The notes: generated by a model from the sequence alone, not told the origin. A DNA stretch of 60,409 nucleotides from Eledone cirrhosa (GCA_964016885.1 CAXHJY010001647.1:1-60409), one strand, 5' to 3'. Positions 1 through 16,340 are shown, counted from the first letter of the stretch. Numbers and translations are program-made.

Positions 1-100
<100 letters not shown>

Positions 101-119
101 ATATTATATATATAATATA

Positions 120-174
<55 letters not shown>

Positions 175-190
175 TATATATATATAATAT

Positions 191-250
<60 letters not shown>

Positions 251-260
251 ATATATATAT

Positions 261-344
<84 letters not shown>

Positions 345-348
345 TATA

Positions 349-404
<56 letters not shown>

Positions 405-418
405 TTATATTTATATAA

Positions 419-462
<44 letters not shown>

Positions 463-476
463 TTATATAAATATAA

Positions 477-548
<72 letters not shown>

Positions 549-555
549 TTATATT

Positions 556-586
<31 letters not shown>

Positions 587-587
587 T

Positions 588-660
<73 letters not shown>

Positions 661-696
661 ATATATATAAATATTTATATATATATATAAATATAA

Positions 697-810
<114 letters not shown>

Positions 811-909
811 ATATTATATATATATATATATTTATATATATATAATATATATATATATATATTTATATATATATTTATATTTATATATATATATATATTT
901 ATATATATT

Positions 910-940
<31 letters not shown>

Positions 941-941
941 T

Positions 942-972
<31 letters not shown>

Positions 973-973
973 T

Positions 974-1027
<54 letters not shown>

Positions 1028-1041
1028 AATATATATATATT

Positions 1042-1076
<35 letters not shown>

Positions 1077-1133
1077 TTATATATATATTTATATATATAT
1101 TTATAGATATATTTATATATATATTTATATATA

Positions 1134-1224
<91 letters not shown>

Positions 1225-1227
1225 TTA

Positions 1228-1374
1228 TGTAGATAAATCTACCAAGAGTTTACGGTAGTGTCCAATCCGTATGAAGAACTCAATTAAATAATGACCTCGT
1301 TAAATAATGAACTTTTTTTGTTTAATATAAGGAACTGTTTCATTGTTTTATTCATTATTTTTTTAATATTTTAT
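1228..1374. mobile_element. Rearranged mini-fragment of the Penelope-like element 3' terminal region, copy 1
   Basis: 1228-~1285 is the reverse complement of the PLE 3' end (~22183-22240). ~1297-1374 matches ~22028-22105 in sense orientation. Confidence 0.9.
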
Positions 1375-1425
1375 ATATATTTATATATATATATATATGT
1401 ATATATATTTATATATATATATATT

Positions 1426-1484
<59 letters not shown>

Positions 1485-1493
1485 TTATATATT

Positions 1494-1550
<57 letters not shown>

Positions 1551-1620
1551 ATTTATTTATATATATATATTTATATTATATATATATATATTTATTTATA
1601 TATATATATTTATATATATA

Positions 1621-1715
<95 letters not shown>

Positions 1716-1865
1716 TTATATATATATATTTATATATATATTTATATATATATATATTTATATATTTATATATATATATTTATATATATATTTATATATA
1801 TATATTTATATATATATATTTATATATATATATATTTATATATATATATATTTATATATATATTT

Positions 1866-1897
<32 letters not shown>

Positions 1898-1935
1898 TAT
1901 ATATATATATATTTATATATATATATATTTATATT

Positions 1936-2000
<65 letters not shown>

Positions 2001-2067
2001 ATTTATTTATATATATATATTTATATATATATATATATTTATTTATATATATATATTTATATATATA

Positions 2068-2174
<107 letters not shown>

Positions 2175-2264
2175 TTATATATATATATTTATATATATAT
2201 TTATATATATATTTATATATATATATATATTTATATATATTATATATATATTTATATATATATT

Positions 2265-2299
<35 letters not shown>

Positions 2300-2302
2300 A
2301 TT

Positions 2303-2337
<35 letters not shown>

Positions 2338-2368
2338 ATTTATATATATATATATTTATATATATATT

Positions 2369-2399
<31 letters not shown>

Positions 2400-2469
2400 A
2401 TTTATATATATATATATTTATATATATATATATTTATATATATATATATTTATATATATATATATATAT

Positions 2470-2520
<51 letters not shown>

Positions 2521-2535
2521 ATATATATATATATT

Positions 2536-2566
<31 letters not shown>

Positions 2567-2732
2567 ATTTATATATATTTATATATATATATATTTATAT
2601 ATATTTATATATATATATATTTATATATATATATATTTATATATATATAAATGTATATATATATATATTTATATATATATATATTTATATATATATATAT
2701 TTATATATATATATATTTATATATATATATAT

Positions 2733-2767
<35 letters not shown>

Positions 2768-2961
2768 ATTTATATATATATTTATATATATATATATTTA
2801 TATATATATATATTTATATATATATTTATATATATATATATTTATATATATATTTATATATATATATTTATATATATATTTATATATATATATTTATATA
2901 TATATATTTATATATATATTTATATATATATTTATATATATTATATATATATTTATATATA

Positions 2962-3042
<81 letters not shown>

Positions 3043-3062
3043 ATTTATATATATATATATAT

Positions 3063-3111
<49 letters not shown>

Positions 3112-3180
3112 ATATTTATATATATATTTATATATATTTACATATATATATATATATTTATATATATATTTATATATATT

Positions 3181-3211
<31 letters not shown>

Positions 3212-3212
3212 T

Positions 3213-3266
<54 letters not shown>

Positions 3267-3280
3267 AATATATATATATT

Positions 3281-3335
<55 letters not shown>

Positions 3336-3380
3336 TTATATATATATTTATATATATATTTATATATATATTTATATATA

Positions 3381-3477
<97 letters not shown>

Positions 3478-3480
3478 TTA

Positions 3481-3627
3481 TGTAGATAAATCTACCAAGA
3501 GTTTACGGTAGTGTCCAATCCGTATGAAGAACTCAATTAAATAATGACCTCGTTAAATAATGAACTTTTTTTGTTTAATATAAGGAACTGTTTCATTGTT
3601 TTATTCATTATTTTTTTAATATTTTAT
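3481..3627. mobile_element. Rearranged mini-fragment of the Penelope-like element 3' terminal region, copy 2
   Basis: Same sequence as 1228-1374, 2253 bp downstream, with similar flanking microsatellite pattern. Confidence 0.9.
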
Positions 3628-3680
3628 ATATATTTATATATATATATATATATGTATATATATTTATATATATATATATT

Positions 3681-3739
<59 letters not shown>

Positions 3740-3771
3740 TTATATATTTATATATATATATATATATATTG

Positions 3772-3809
<38 letters not shown>

Positions 3810-3876
3810 ATTTATTTATATATATATATTTATATATATATATATATTTATTTATATATATATATTTATATATATA

Positions 3877-3953
<77 letters not shown>

Positions 3954-3996
3954 ATATATATTTATATATTTATATATATATATTTATATATATATT

Positions 3997-4027
<31 letters not shown>

Positions 4028-4135
4028 TTATATATATATATTTATATATATATTTATATATATATATTTATATATATATATTTATATATATATTTATATA
4101 TATATTTATATATATTATATATATATTTATATATA

Positions 4136-4182
<47 letters not shown>

Positions 4183-4249
4183 ATTTAATTATATATATAT
4201 ATTTATATATATATATATATTTATTTATATATATATATTTATATATATA

Positions 4250-4297
<48 letters not shown>

Positions 4298-4448
4298 TAT
4301 ATATATATTTATATATATATATATATATTTATATATTTATATATATATATTTATATATATATTTATATATATATATTTATATATATATATTTATATATAT
4401 ATTTATATATATATTTATATATATTATATATATATTTATATATATATT

Positions 4449-4483
<35 letters not shown>

Positions 4484-4486
4484 ATT

Positions 4487-4523
<37 letters not shown>

Positions 4524-4554
4524 ATTTATATATATATATATTTATATATATATT

Positions 4555-4585
<31 letters not shown>

Positions 4586-4664
4586 ATTTATATATATATA
4601 TATTTATATATATATATATTTATATATATATATATTTATATTTATATATATTTATATATATATA

Positions 4665-4713
<49 letters not shown>

Positions 4714-5026
4714 ATTTATATATATATATATTTATATATATATATATTTATATATATTTATATATATATATATTTATATATATTTATATATATATATATT
4801 TATATATATATATATTTATATATATATAAATTTATATATATATATATTTATATATATATATATTTATATATATATATATTTATATATATATATATTTATA
4901 TATATATATATTTATATATATATAAATATATATATATATAAATATATATATATATAAATATATATATATATAAATATAAATATATATATATATAAATATA
5001 TATATATATAAATATATATATATATT

Positions 5027-5059
<33 letters not shown>

Positions 5060-5090
5060 ATTTATATATATATATATTTATATATATATT

Positions 5091-5141
<51 letters not shown>

Positions 5142-5156
5142 ATTTATATATATATT

Positions 5157-5208
<52 letters not shown>

Positions 5209-5251
5209 AATATATAAATATATATATATATATATAAATATATATATAAAT

Positions 5252-5290
<39 letters not shown>

Positions 5291-5293
5291 AAT

Positions 5294-5382
<89 letters not shown>

Positions 5383-5404
5383 TATATATATATATTTATA
5401 TATA

Positions 5405-5523
<119 letters not shown>

Positions 5524-6015
5524 ATTTATATATATATATATATATATTTATATATACATATATATATTTATATATATATATTTATATATATATTTATATA
5601 TATATTTATATATATATTTATATATATATTTATATATATATATTTATATATATATTTATATATATATTTATATATATATTTATATATATATTTATATATA
5701 TATTTATATATATATTTATATATATATATTTATATATATATTTATATATATATTTATATATATATATTTATATATATATATTTATATATATATATTTATA
5801 TATATATATTTATATATATATTTATATATATATATTTATATATATATATTTATATATATATATTTATATATATATATTTATATATATATTTATATATATA
5901 TATTTATATATATATATTTATATATATATATTTACATATATATTTATATATATATTTATATATATATTTATATATATATTTATATATATATATATATATT
6001 TATATATTTATATAT

Positions 6016-7886
6016 ATTGGAATAAATGCTCTGAAATAGCGATATATACGTGAATATAGACATAGAATATTCGAAAATATTCTGTATGTTTATAATAAAC
6101 ATTTTGAAGACCTAATCGCTATAGAATAGAATACGTCACGTATTACAATTAGATTCTCGATAAAAGCAAGGGAAGTAATCTACGCGTTTCATTCTCGTTA
6201 GAAATCATCAGGACTACATATCCAGTGCTTTTATCGAGAATGACACAGCTAGAGACTTATAGAATACTTAGCTGTGTACAGGAACTGGTTTGAAAGAGCG
6301 GTTGCCGGTCCGGCAGAAATTAGAAATTGGAATAAATGCTCTGAAATAGCGATATATATGTGAATATAGACATAGAATATTCGAAAATATTCTGTATGTT
6401 TATAATAAACATTTTGAAGACCTAATCGCTATAGAATAGAATACGTCACGTATTACAATTAGATTCTCGATAAAAGCAAGGGAAGTAATCTACGCGTTTC
6501 ATTCTCGTTAGAAATCATCAGGACTACATATCCAGTGCTTTTATCGAGAATGACACAGCTAGAGACTTATAGAATACTTAGCTGTGTACAGGAACTGGTT
6601 TGAAAGAGCGGTTGCCGGTCCGGCAGAAATTAGAAATTGGAATAAATGCTCTGAAATAGCGATATATATGTGAATATAGACATAGAATATTCGAAAATAT
6701 TCTGTATGTTTATAATAAACATTTTGAAGACCTAATCGCTATAGAATAGAATACGTCACGTATTACAATTAGATTCTCGATAAAAGCAAGGGAAGTAATC
6801 TACGCGTTTCATTCTCGTTAGAAATCATCAGGACTACATATCCAGTGCTTTTATCGAGAATGACACAGCTAGAGACTTATAGAATACTTAGCTGTGTCTT
6901 CAAAATGTTTATTATAAACATACAGAATATTTTCGAATATTCTATGTCTATATTCACATATATATCGCTATTTCAGAGCATTTATTCCAATTTCTAATTT
7001 CTGCCGGACCGGCAACCGCTCTTTCAAACCAGTTCCTGTACACAGCTAAGTATTCTATAAGTCTCTAGCTGTGTCATTCTCGATAAAAGCACTGGATATG
7101 TAGTCCTGATGATTTCTAACGAGAATGAAACGCGTAGATTACTTCCCTTGCTTTTATCGAGAATCTAATTGTAATACGTGACGTATTCTATTCTATAGCG
7201 ATTAGGTCTTCAAAATGTTTATTATAAACATACAGAATATTTTCGAATATTCTATGTCTATATTCACATATATATCGCTATTTCAGAGCATTTATTCCAA
7301 TTTCTAATTTCTGCCGGACCGGCAACCGCTCTTTCAAACCAGTTCCTGTACACAGCTAAGTATTCTATAAGTCTCTAGCTGTGTCATTCTCGATAAAAGC
7401 ACTGGATATGTAGTCCTGATGATTTCTAACGAGAATGAAACGCGTAGATTACTTCCCTTGCTTTTATCGAGAATCTAATTGTAATACGTGACGTATTCTA
7501 TTCTATAGCGATTAGGTCTTCAAAATGTTTATTATAAACATACAGAATATTTTCGAATATTCTATGTCTATATTCACATATATATCGCTATTTCAGAGCA
7601 TTTATTCCAATTTCTAATTTCTGCCGGACCGGCAACCGCTCTTTCAAACCAGTTCCTGTACACAGCTAAGTATTCTATAAGTCTCTAGCTGTGTCATTCT
7701 CGATAAAAGCACTGGATATGTAGTCCTGATGATTTCTAACGAGAATGAAACGCGTAGATTACTTCCCTTGCTTTTATCGAGAATCTAATTGTAATACGTG
7801 ACGTATTCTATTCTATAGCGATTAGGTCTTCAAAATGTTTATTATAAACATACAGAATATTTTCGAATATTCTATGTCTATATTCA
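6016..7886. mobile_element. 310-bp tandem repeat carrying a hammerhead ribozyme (non-LTR retrozyme-like), with an internal orientation switch at ~6896
   Basis: Period 310 (TTGGAATAAATG at 6017, 6327, 6637). About 2.85 units run one way, then about 3.2 units are reverse-complemented. Units are near-identical, with one HHR each. Confidence 0.9.
7076..7164 (+). ncRNA. Type I minimal hammerhead ribozyme of the 310-bp unit (also + 7386-7474, 7696-7784; - 6153-6241, 6463-6551, 6773-6861)
   Basis: GTAGTC-CTGATGA-tTTCTaacgAGAAt-GAAA-CgcG-TA/GATTAC. Palindromic stem III ACGCGT, GUA triplet (cut after 7136). 16-bp distal stem I extension ATTCTCGATAAAAGCA/TGCTTTTATCGAGAAT. Confidence 0.88.
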
Positions 7887-8230
7887 TTTATATATATATA
7901 TTTATATATATATATATTTATATATACATATTTATATATATATTTATATATATATATTTATATATATATATTTATATATATATTTATATATATATATTTA
8001 TATATATATTTATATATATATTTATATATATATTTATATATATATTTATATATATATATTTATATATATATATTTATATATATATTTATATATATATTTA
8101 TATATATATATTTATATATATATTTATATATATATATTTATATATATATATTTATATATATATATTTATATATATATTTATATATATATTTATATATATA
8201 TATATATTTATATATTTATATATATATATT

Positions 8231-8263
<33 letters not shown>

Positions 8264-8266
8264 ATT

Positions 8267-8303
<37 letters not shown>

Positions 8304-8339
8304 ATATATATATATCTATATATATATATATATATAAAT

Positions 8340-8386
<47 letters not shown>

Positions 8387-8511
8387 TATAAATATATATA
8401 TATATATAAATATATATATAAATATATATATAAATATGTACCACTAGAGCTGATTCAAATTTTCCCAGCCAGCCATCCACCTAATCTACGAAGGTATTTT
8501 AGCCTACATAT

Positions 8512-9200
8512 TGTCGTTAATATTATGATGTTCCCTGCTGTATTAGCGTTAAATTTTCCCTGCTGTATTAGCGATAAATTTTCGAGGGTTTCTCTTAGTA
8601 GCTTTTTCATGTCGTTAATATTATGATGTTCCCTGCTGTATTAGCGTTAAATTTTCCCTGCTGTATTAGCGATAAATTTTCGAGGGTTTCTCTTAGTAGC
8701 TTTTTCATGTCGTTAATATTATGATGTTCCCTGCTGTATTAGCGTTAAATTTTCCCTGCTGTATTAGCGATAAATTTTCGAGGGTTTCTCTTAGTAGCTT
8801 TTTCATGTCGTTAATATTATGATGTTCCCTGCTGTATTAGCGTTAAATTTTCCCTGCTGTATTAGCGATAAATTTTCGAGGGTTTCTCTTAGTAGCTTTT
8901 TCATGTCGTTAATATTATGATGTTCCCTGCTGTATTAGCGTTAAATTTTCCCTGCTGTATTAGCGATAAATTTTCGAGGGTTTCTCTTAGTAGCTTTTTC
9001 ATGTCGTTAATATTATGATGTTCCCTGCTGTATTAGCGTTAAATTTTCCCTGCTGTATTAGCGATAAATTTTCGAGGGTTTCTCTTAGTAGCTTTTTCAT
9101 GTCGTTAATATTATGATGTTCCCTGCTGTATTAGCGTTAAATTCTCCCTGCTGTATTAGCGATAAATTTTCGAGGGTTTCTCTTAGTAGCTTTTTTCATG
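8512..9200 (+). repeat. 7 x 98-bp tandem monomers upstream of the RTE ORF
   Basis: GTCGTTAATATT at 8513, 8611, 8709, 8807, 8905, 9003, 9101. Each monomer has two copies of TTCCCTGCTGTATTAGCG. Confidence 0.95.
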
Positions 9201-9514
9201 ACGTTATTATTGTTAATTTTACTGATGTAGTATTAACTTGGATATTTACCATGCGACCCTCAGTTCCTACCTCACAATTTCCCTCCCCCCCACCCCCACA
9301 CACCACCATAGTCTATTCGACCAATCAAACCTAGCATGCCATTTCCACTGCTGCTGCTGCTACTACCTGCCTAACTAACTCTCTCCTCCTCTGGCGCATC
9401 CCAACACACCCTGCCATTACCCCACCACCACTGTCCTTCTAGCCCTCAATTTTCCCACCGTTAGGGATGGATGAGCTGGGAATACACGAGCAACTCTGAA
9501 TCAATAGATGAAAT

Positions 9515-12500
9515 ATGAATCTGCGAGCTACCAAGCACCCACGTGAAGCGCCAACCCAGAGACCCTCCCCTACGAGTGTCGACAAATGCCCAAAACTCCG
9601 AGTTGGTACCATCAATGTAGGCTCAATGAAAGGAAGAGCAGGAGAAATCGTAGAAATGCTAGAGCGAAAGGAAGTTGATGTATGCTGTGTGCAAGAGACT
9701 AGATGGAGAGGAGGGTCTGCTAGAGTCCTTGTAGGAAAAAGCCAGTGCTACAAATTTTTCTGGGTGGGAAATGACGATGGGATGGGTGGTGTAGGTATAC
9801 TATTAGCTGACAAGTGGGTAGATAAAGTAATCTCAGTGTACAGGGTAAATGCAAGAATCATTAAACTCAGACTAGTCCTGAATAAGACAATTACCACAAT
9901 AATATCAGCTTACGCACCCCAATCGGGGCTGCCAGACGAACTTAAGGATAGGTTTTACGAGTCCCTAATACACACTACTGCTCTAACAGACGACAAGGAC
10001 TTCCTAATCATTGCAGGAGATTTTAACGGACACGTAGGTAAACACTGCGACGGCTTCAATAGAGTACATGGAGGCCATGGAGTTGGCACAAGGAATGAGG
10101 AAGGATTCAGACTTCTAGAATTCTGCGACGCCAATGACATGTCGATATGTAACACAAACTTTAAAAAACCCGACAACCACCTGATCACCTATAGATCAGG
10201 GGAGCACTCTAGTCAGTTAGATTTTATCCTCATCAGAGGACGTGACAGATGGACGGTCGTAAACACAAAAGCCTTCCCTAGTGAGGAATGTACATCCCAA
10301 CATAGCTTAGTTGTCAGCGACCTCACGGTCAGAACTAGACGAGCCCTGAAACAGAGGCCAACCTGGAGAAGAAAGATCTGGAAGCTGAAAGTCCCCTCAA
10401 CCAGTAACAGATTTAAAGATATTTTACTCAACGCCTACGACAGTAAAGAAGAACAGATAGAGACATTTAACGTAGAAGAGAACTGGGAGTTCCTAAAAAA
10501 TAACTTACTAGAGGCGACGGATGAGGTTTGTGGCTGGAGTAAGACCTCAAGCAGGAGGAGAGTGACTTGGTGGTGGAACAATAAGGTAGATGAAGCAGTC
10601 AAGGCCAAGAGACAGGCATGGAAAGAATGGAAGAACGGGGGGAGCAGGGTACATTACATAGAGACCAAGAGGGAAGCTAGGCGACAAGTATACTTAGCTA
10701 GGAGGGAAGCAGAGGATAGAAAATTCAAGCATGTTTTACAACGTGAGGACCAGAAACAGGAGGTATTCAAGATTGCGAGGCAGTGTGTCAGAGATAGTTG
10801 TGATGTCATTGGAGAGAAGTGTATCCGGAATGATAAAGGTGAGCTTGCCCTCACAAGTGCTGAGAAGAAAGATGCATGGAAGAGTCATTATGATAGATTA
10901 CTAAATGAGGAGAATGCATGGGAAGAAGAGACCCTACCCCACGTAGACCCTATAGAGGGACCAGCAGTACAAGTCAGCGGCAGCGTAGTAAGTAAGGCAA
11001 TCAGAGATATGAAGATAGGGAAGGCAACCGGTCCATCGGGTATAGCTGCCGAGATGCTGAAGGCATCTGGGTCTGTAGGTCACACTATAACCACACGTAT
11101 CGTTAACCAGGTAATACTAGAGGGGGCCATACCAAAAGATTGGTGCAGTAGCATCATTGTCAACTGCTACAAAGGTAAAGGCGATGCACTAGATAGAGGA
11201 AACTATAGAGGTATAAAGTTGATGGACCAGGTCATGAAAGTAACAGAAAGAGTTATAGCACAGCTGATTAGGGACCGGGTGAATATAGACGAGATGCAAT
11301 TTGGGTTTGTTCCAGGGAAAGGCACCACTGACGCGCTCTTCCTTGTGAGGCAATTACAGGAAAAGTACCTAGCTAAAAGTAAGCCACTCTACTTGGCATT
11401 TGTCGACCTTGAGAAAGCCTTTGACAGAGTTCCACGTGCAGTAATCTGGTGGGCTCTTAGAAAACTAGGAGTAGATGAATGGCTTGTGAAAGCGGTACAA
11501 GCCATGTATAGGGGAGCAGTCAGCAAAGTTAGGATTGGCAATGAGTATAGCGAGGAATTTAGCGTACAGGTTGGGGTCCACCAGGGCTCTGTTCTTAGCC
11601 CTCTCCTGTTCATCATAGTCCTGCAGGCAATAACGGAGGAGTTTAAGACCGGATGCCCATGGGAACTCCTGTATGCTGATGACCTCGCACTCATAGCTGA
11701 ATCTATGGTAGAACTAGAGAATAAATTCCAAACCTGGAAGCAGGGACTAGAGAGAAAGGGCCTCAAAGTCAACATGACAAAGACTAAGGTCCTTATAAGT
11801 AGACGAGAAAACAGAACCCAGATCCCCTCAGGGAAATGGCCTTGCTCAGTATGTAGGAAAGGTGTAGGTAGGAACTCCATTCTTTGCCCCAAATGCAAAC
11901 AATGGGTACACAAGAGATGTAGCGGGATCTCAGGAAGCTTAATTAAGAATGTAGGATTCACATGCAGCAGCTGTGCTGAAACAGCAAGCAAACAGCCACA
12001 GGAAACAAGTACCACCAATCTCTGGGAGGGCCCTGTAGAAACAGTAGACAGCTTCTGCTACCTAGGTGACCGAATTAGCAACGGAGGTGGGTGCTCAGAA
12101 AGTACAATAACTAGGGTAAGAACGGGATGGAAGAAGTTTAGGGAACTACTACCACTGCTAGCTGCAAAAGGCTTCTCCCTCAGAATGAAAGGCAGACTGT
12201 ATGATGCGTGTATCCGAACAGCGATGTTGCATGGTAGTGAGACCTGGGCGCTGAAGGTGGAAGACTTACGTAGATTAGAGAGAAACGAAGCCTGCATGCT
12301 CCGATGGATGTGTAACAGTAATATACGTGAACGACAAAGCATAAATGAATTGAGAGAGAGACTGAGCATAAGAGGAATCAAATGCTGCGTGCAGGAGAGG
12401 CGGTTACGCTGGTATGGACATGTGATGCGTATGAAGGATGACAGCTGCATAAAAAGGTGCAGAGCACTAGAAGTTGATGGAAACCGCGGAGTGGGGAGAC

Positions 12501-12634
12501 CCAAGATGACTTGGGATGAGGTGATAAAAGCCGACCTTACCCAACTACACCTCTCAAAGTCAATGACACACGACCGTGACTTCTGGCGTCACGCAGTAAT
12601 ACAGGGTACCCGACTTCCCATGGGTACATGCTGA
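9515..12634 (+). CDS. RTE-type LINE protein: APE endonuclease + reverse transcriptase with inserted PHD-like Zn finger
   Basis: APE motifs TINVG, VQETRW, SAYAPQ, GDFNGH, LDFIL. RT motifs NYRGIKL, QFGF, FVDLEKAFDRV, GVHQGSVLSPLLF, LYADD. Uninterrupted 1039 aa. Confidence 0.95.
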   Translation: MNLRATKHPREAPTQRPSPTSVDKCPKLRVGTINVGSMKGRAGEIVEMLERKEVDVCCVQETRWRGGSARVLVGKSQCYKFFWVGNDDGMGGVGILLADKWVDKVISVYRVNARIIKLRLVLNKTITTIISAYAPQSGLPDELKDRFYESLIHTTALTDDKDFLIIAGDFNGHVGKHCDGFNRVHGGHGVGTRNEEGFRLLEFCDANDMSICNTNFKKPDNHLITYRSGEHSSQLDFILIRGRDRWTVVNTKAFPSEECTSQHSLVVSDLTVRTRRALKQRPTWRRKIWKLKVPSTSNRFKDILLNAYDSKEEQIETFNVEENWEFLKNNLLEATDEVCGWSKTSSRRRVTWWWNNKVDEAVKAKRQAWKEWKNGGSRVHYIETKREARRQVYLARREAEDRKFKHVLQREDQKQEVFKIARQCVRDSCDVIGEKCIRNDKGELALTSAEKKDAWKSHYDRLLNEENAWEEETLPHVDPIEGPAVQVSGSVVSKAIRDMKIGKATGPSGIAAEMLKASGSVGHTITTRIVNQVILEGAIPKDWCSSIIVNCYKGKGDALDRGNYRGIKLMDQVMKVTERVIAQLIRDRVNIDEMQFGFVPGKGTTDALFLVRQLQEKYLAKSKPLYLAFVDLEKAFDRVPRAVIWWALRKLGVDEWLVKAVQAMYRGAVSKVRIGNEYSEEFSVQVGVHQGSVLSPLLFIIVLQAITEEFKTGCPWELLYADDLALIAESMVELENKFQTWKQGLERKGLKVNMTKTKVLISRRENRTQIPSGKWPCSVCRKGVGRNSILCPKCKQWVHKRCSGISGSLIKNVGFTCSSCAETASKQPQETSTTNLWEGPVETVDSFCYLGDRISNGGGCSESTITRVRTGWKKFRELLPLLAAKGFSLRMKGRLYDACIRTAMLHGSETWALKVEDLRRLERNEACMLRWMCNSNIRERQSINELRERLSIRGIKCCVQERRLRWYGHVMRMKDDSCIKRCRALEVDGNRGVGRPKMTWDEVIKADLTQLHLSKSMTHDRDFWRHAVIQGTRLPMGTC

Positions 12635-12937
12635 AGCATATAAACAATATGCCCCCCCCCCCCACCGCAAGGTGGCCGTGGAGGTGCCACGGCAAAAAAG
12701 CACCCAGCCCACACTGTAAAGTGGACGTGTAGGCGCCACGAAAAAGCACCCAGCACTCACTGTAAATGAGGTTGGTGTTAGGAAGGGCATCCAGCTGTAG
12801 AAATCAAGCCAGATCAGTTCCTGTATGAGCAAGGCATGGTCAGCCGACCAGACACTGCCCACAACAGGACAACCCGTCTAACCCATGCTAGCGTGGAAGA
12901 ACGGACGTAAAACGGTGATGATGATGATGATGATGAT

Positions 12938-13847
<910 letters not shown>

Positions 13848-13911
13848 ATAAAATATTAAAAAAATAATGAATAAAACAATGAAACAGTTCCTTATATTAA
13901 AATAAAAAAAG

Positions 13912-14066
13912 TTCATTATTTAACGATCGTTTCTAGGATATATATGTGTTAGAATTGGCATGCATATTCAACAGATCTATGTACAAAATTATACAAAATT
14001 ATACAAACTATCAAAATTAAATATACATACCAAACACATATATATGCCGTCTTCAGAAATAATGAA
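13912..14066 (-). ncRNA. PLE hammerhead ribozyme (copy in the inverted arm)
   Basis: Reverse complement of 21888-22042. Confidence 0.8.
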
Positions 14067-14663
14067 ATATATTTATTGATAATAACAACAATTCAAAATT
14101 TCAGGTCCGTTTGGGAACAGAGTTCAAATTGACCAATGAAAATACAAAAAATTTTATGCAGTTTGGTGTGTGTATATACATGTAATTAACTTCGTACACA
14201 TATTTACATAAAGATATATGTTCACATGCATACGCATGCCAAAAAGATGTATGCAAATACAAAAATTCAAGGCTAATGTCTCTGTAAGTCTATAATCCAC
14301 AGATAAAATGCGTATAGACACATAAATATGAAATAAATGTATAGACACATTCATATACTCACACATATTCGTACACTCACACACACACGCGCGTATATGC
14401 ATAAACATACACATAACTACGAACATACATACACACACACACCCCCACACACATATATATGTGCATATAGTATTATCATAAGCATATGGACATTAATGCA
14501 CGCACATAAACACTGCCACACACATTTAGATCAGGGTACAGAAATTAGGTGGGAGGGGGGGAGAGGTCAGTATTCAACGGTTTCGGCAGACTGCCTATTT
14601 ATAGATGTATCTATAAACTTAGAAATAAAAAGAAAAGAAAAAAGAAAAAAGAAATATATCAAG

Positions 14664-14709
<46 letters not shown>

Positions 14710-15093
14710 CACACATACACACACACACACACACATGTACATATACATATATATATACACATATATACACACATACATATATATATACACATACATATAC
14801 ATATATATACACACACATATATATACATACACATATACATACACACACATATATATACAAACAAGTAAAATATAAAGTATACATCGATATACATACATAT
14901 AGACATATAAATAAATACACACGCATACACACACATACATATACATACATATACATACACATATATATAAACACATACATACACATACATATACATACAC
15001 ATACCATATAAATACACATACACATACATAGACGCATACATATAGAGACACATACATATACACATATAAATACATAGACACATACACACATAA

Positions 15094-15134
<41 letters not shown>

Positions 15135-15168
15135 ACACACATATACACATACATATATATATATATAC

Positions 15169-15215
<47 letters not shown>

Positions 15216-15275
15216 TATATACACTCACAACACTCGTATATATATACACACTCATACATATACACACATATACAT

Positions 15276-15324
<49 letters not shown>

Positions 15325-15457
15325 TATACAGTCACACCTACATACATATATATATATAAATACACTCATATATATACACACATACACATACATACCCACA
15401 TATAAATATATATATACATAAATATATATATATATACACACATACACACATACACAT

Positions 15458-15500
<43 letters not shown>

Positions 15501-15962
15501 CATACACATACATACACATATACACACATACATATATACTCACACACACACACACACCTACACATACATACACATACACATATATAAAGATATATATACA
15601 TACACACACACACATATAATAAATATATATATATATATATATATATACATACATATACATACATATATACATACATACATACATATACATACATATATAT
15701 ACACACACATATACATACACACATACACACATACATACATACACACACACATACATACACACATACATACTCATACATAGACATAGATATATACTCACAC
15801 ACACATACGCACTTACATATACGCATATATACAAATACATACACATCCATATATGCGTATATACATACAAACACCACTACACGCTCACACAACTCAGACA
15901 TACAAAGAAAAAGGTATATACATATACATATATACACATATAAATAGAGATACATATACACA

Positions 15963-15996
<34 letters not shown>

Positions 15997-16301
15997 CCCA
16001 CACACACGTACAAGCATAAACACACATACAAACACATACATACACACATACATACATATATATACACACACACATATATAGACATGCACACACATACATA
16101 CATACATACATACACATACATATATATAAAAAAAAAAAATAAAAAAAAAAAAATTAATACACACAGTCAGACAAATATGCACACACATACATATACATAT
16201 ATGTATATATATATATACACATACACACACATACATATATATACACACATACATACACACACACATATATATATACATACATATACACACATCAACTACA
16301 A

Positions 16302-16340
<39 letters not shown>

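Larger units (their letters stand above)
8438..12937 (+). mobile_element. Apparently full-length RTE-clade LINE inserted in (TA)n
   Basis: About 1.1-kb 5' region, single APE+RT ORF, ~300-bp 3' UTR ending in (GAT)n, (TA)n on both sides. Confidence 0.9.

Noticed and set aside
8512-9200. Regular repeat array resembling a CRISPR
   Set aside because: Units are fully identical with no unique spacers, there are no cas genes, and the context is eukaryotic.
9955-12749. Antisense ORFs over the RTE, and similar shadow ORFs over the CR1 and PLE ORFs
   Set aside because: Shadow frames of real RT genes with no independent motifs.
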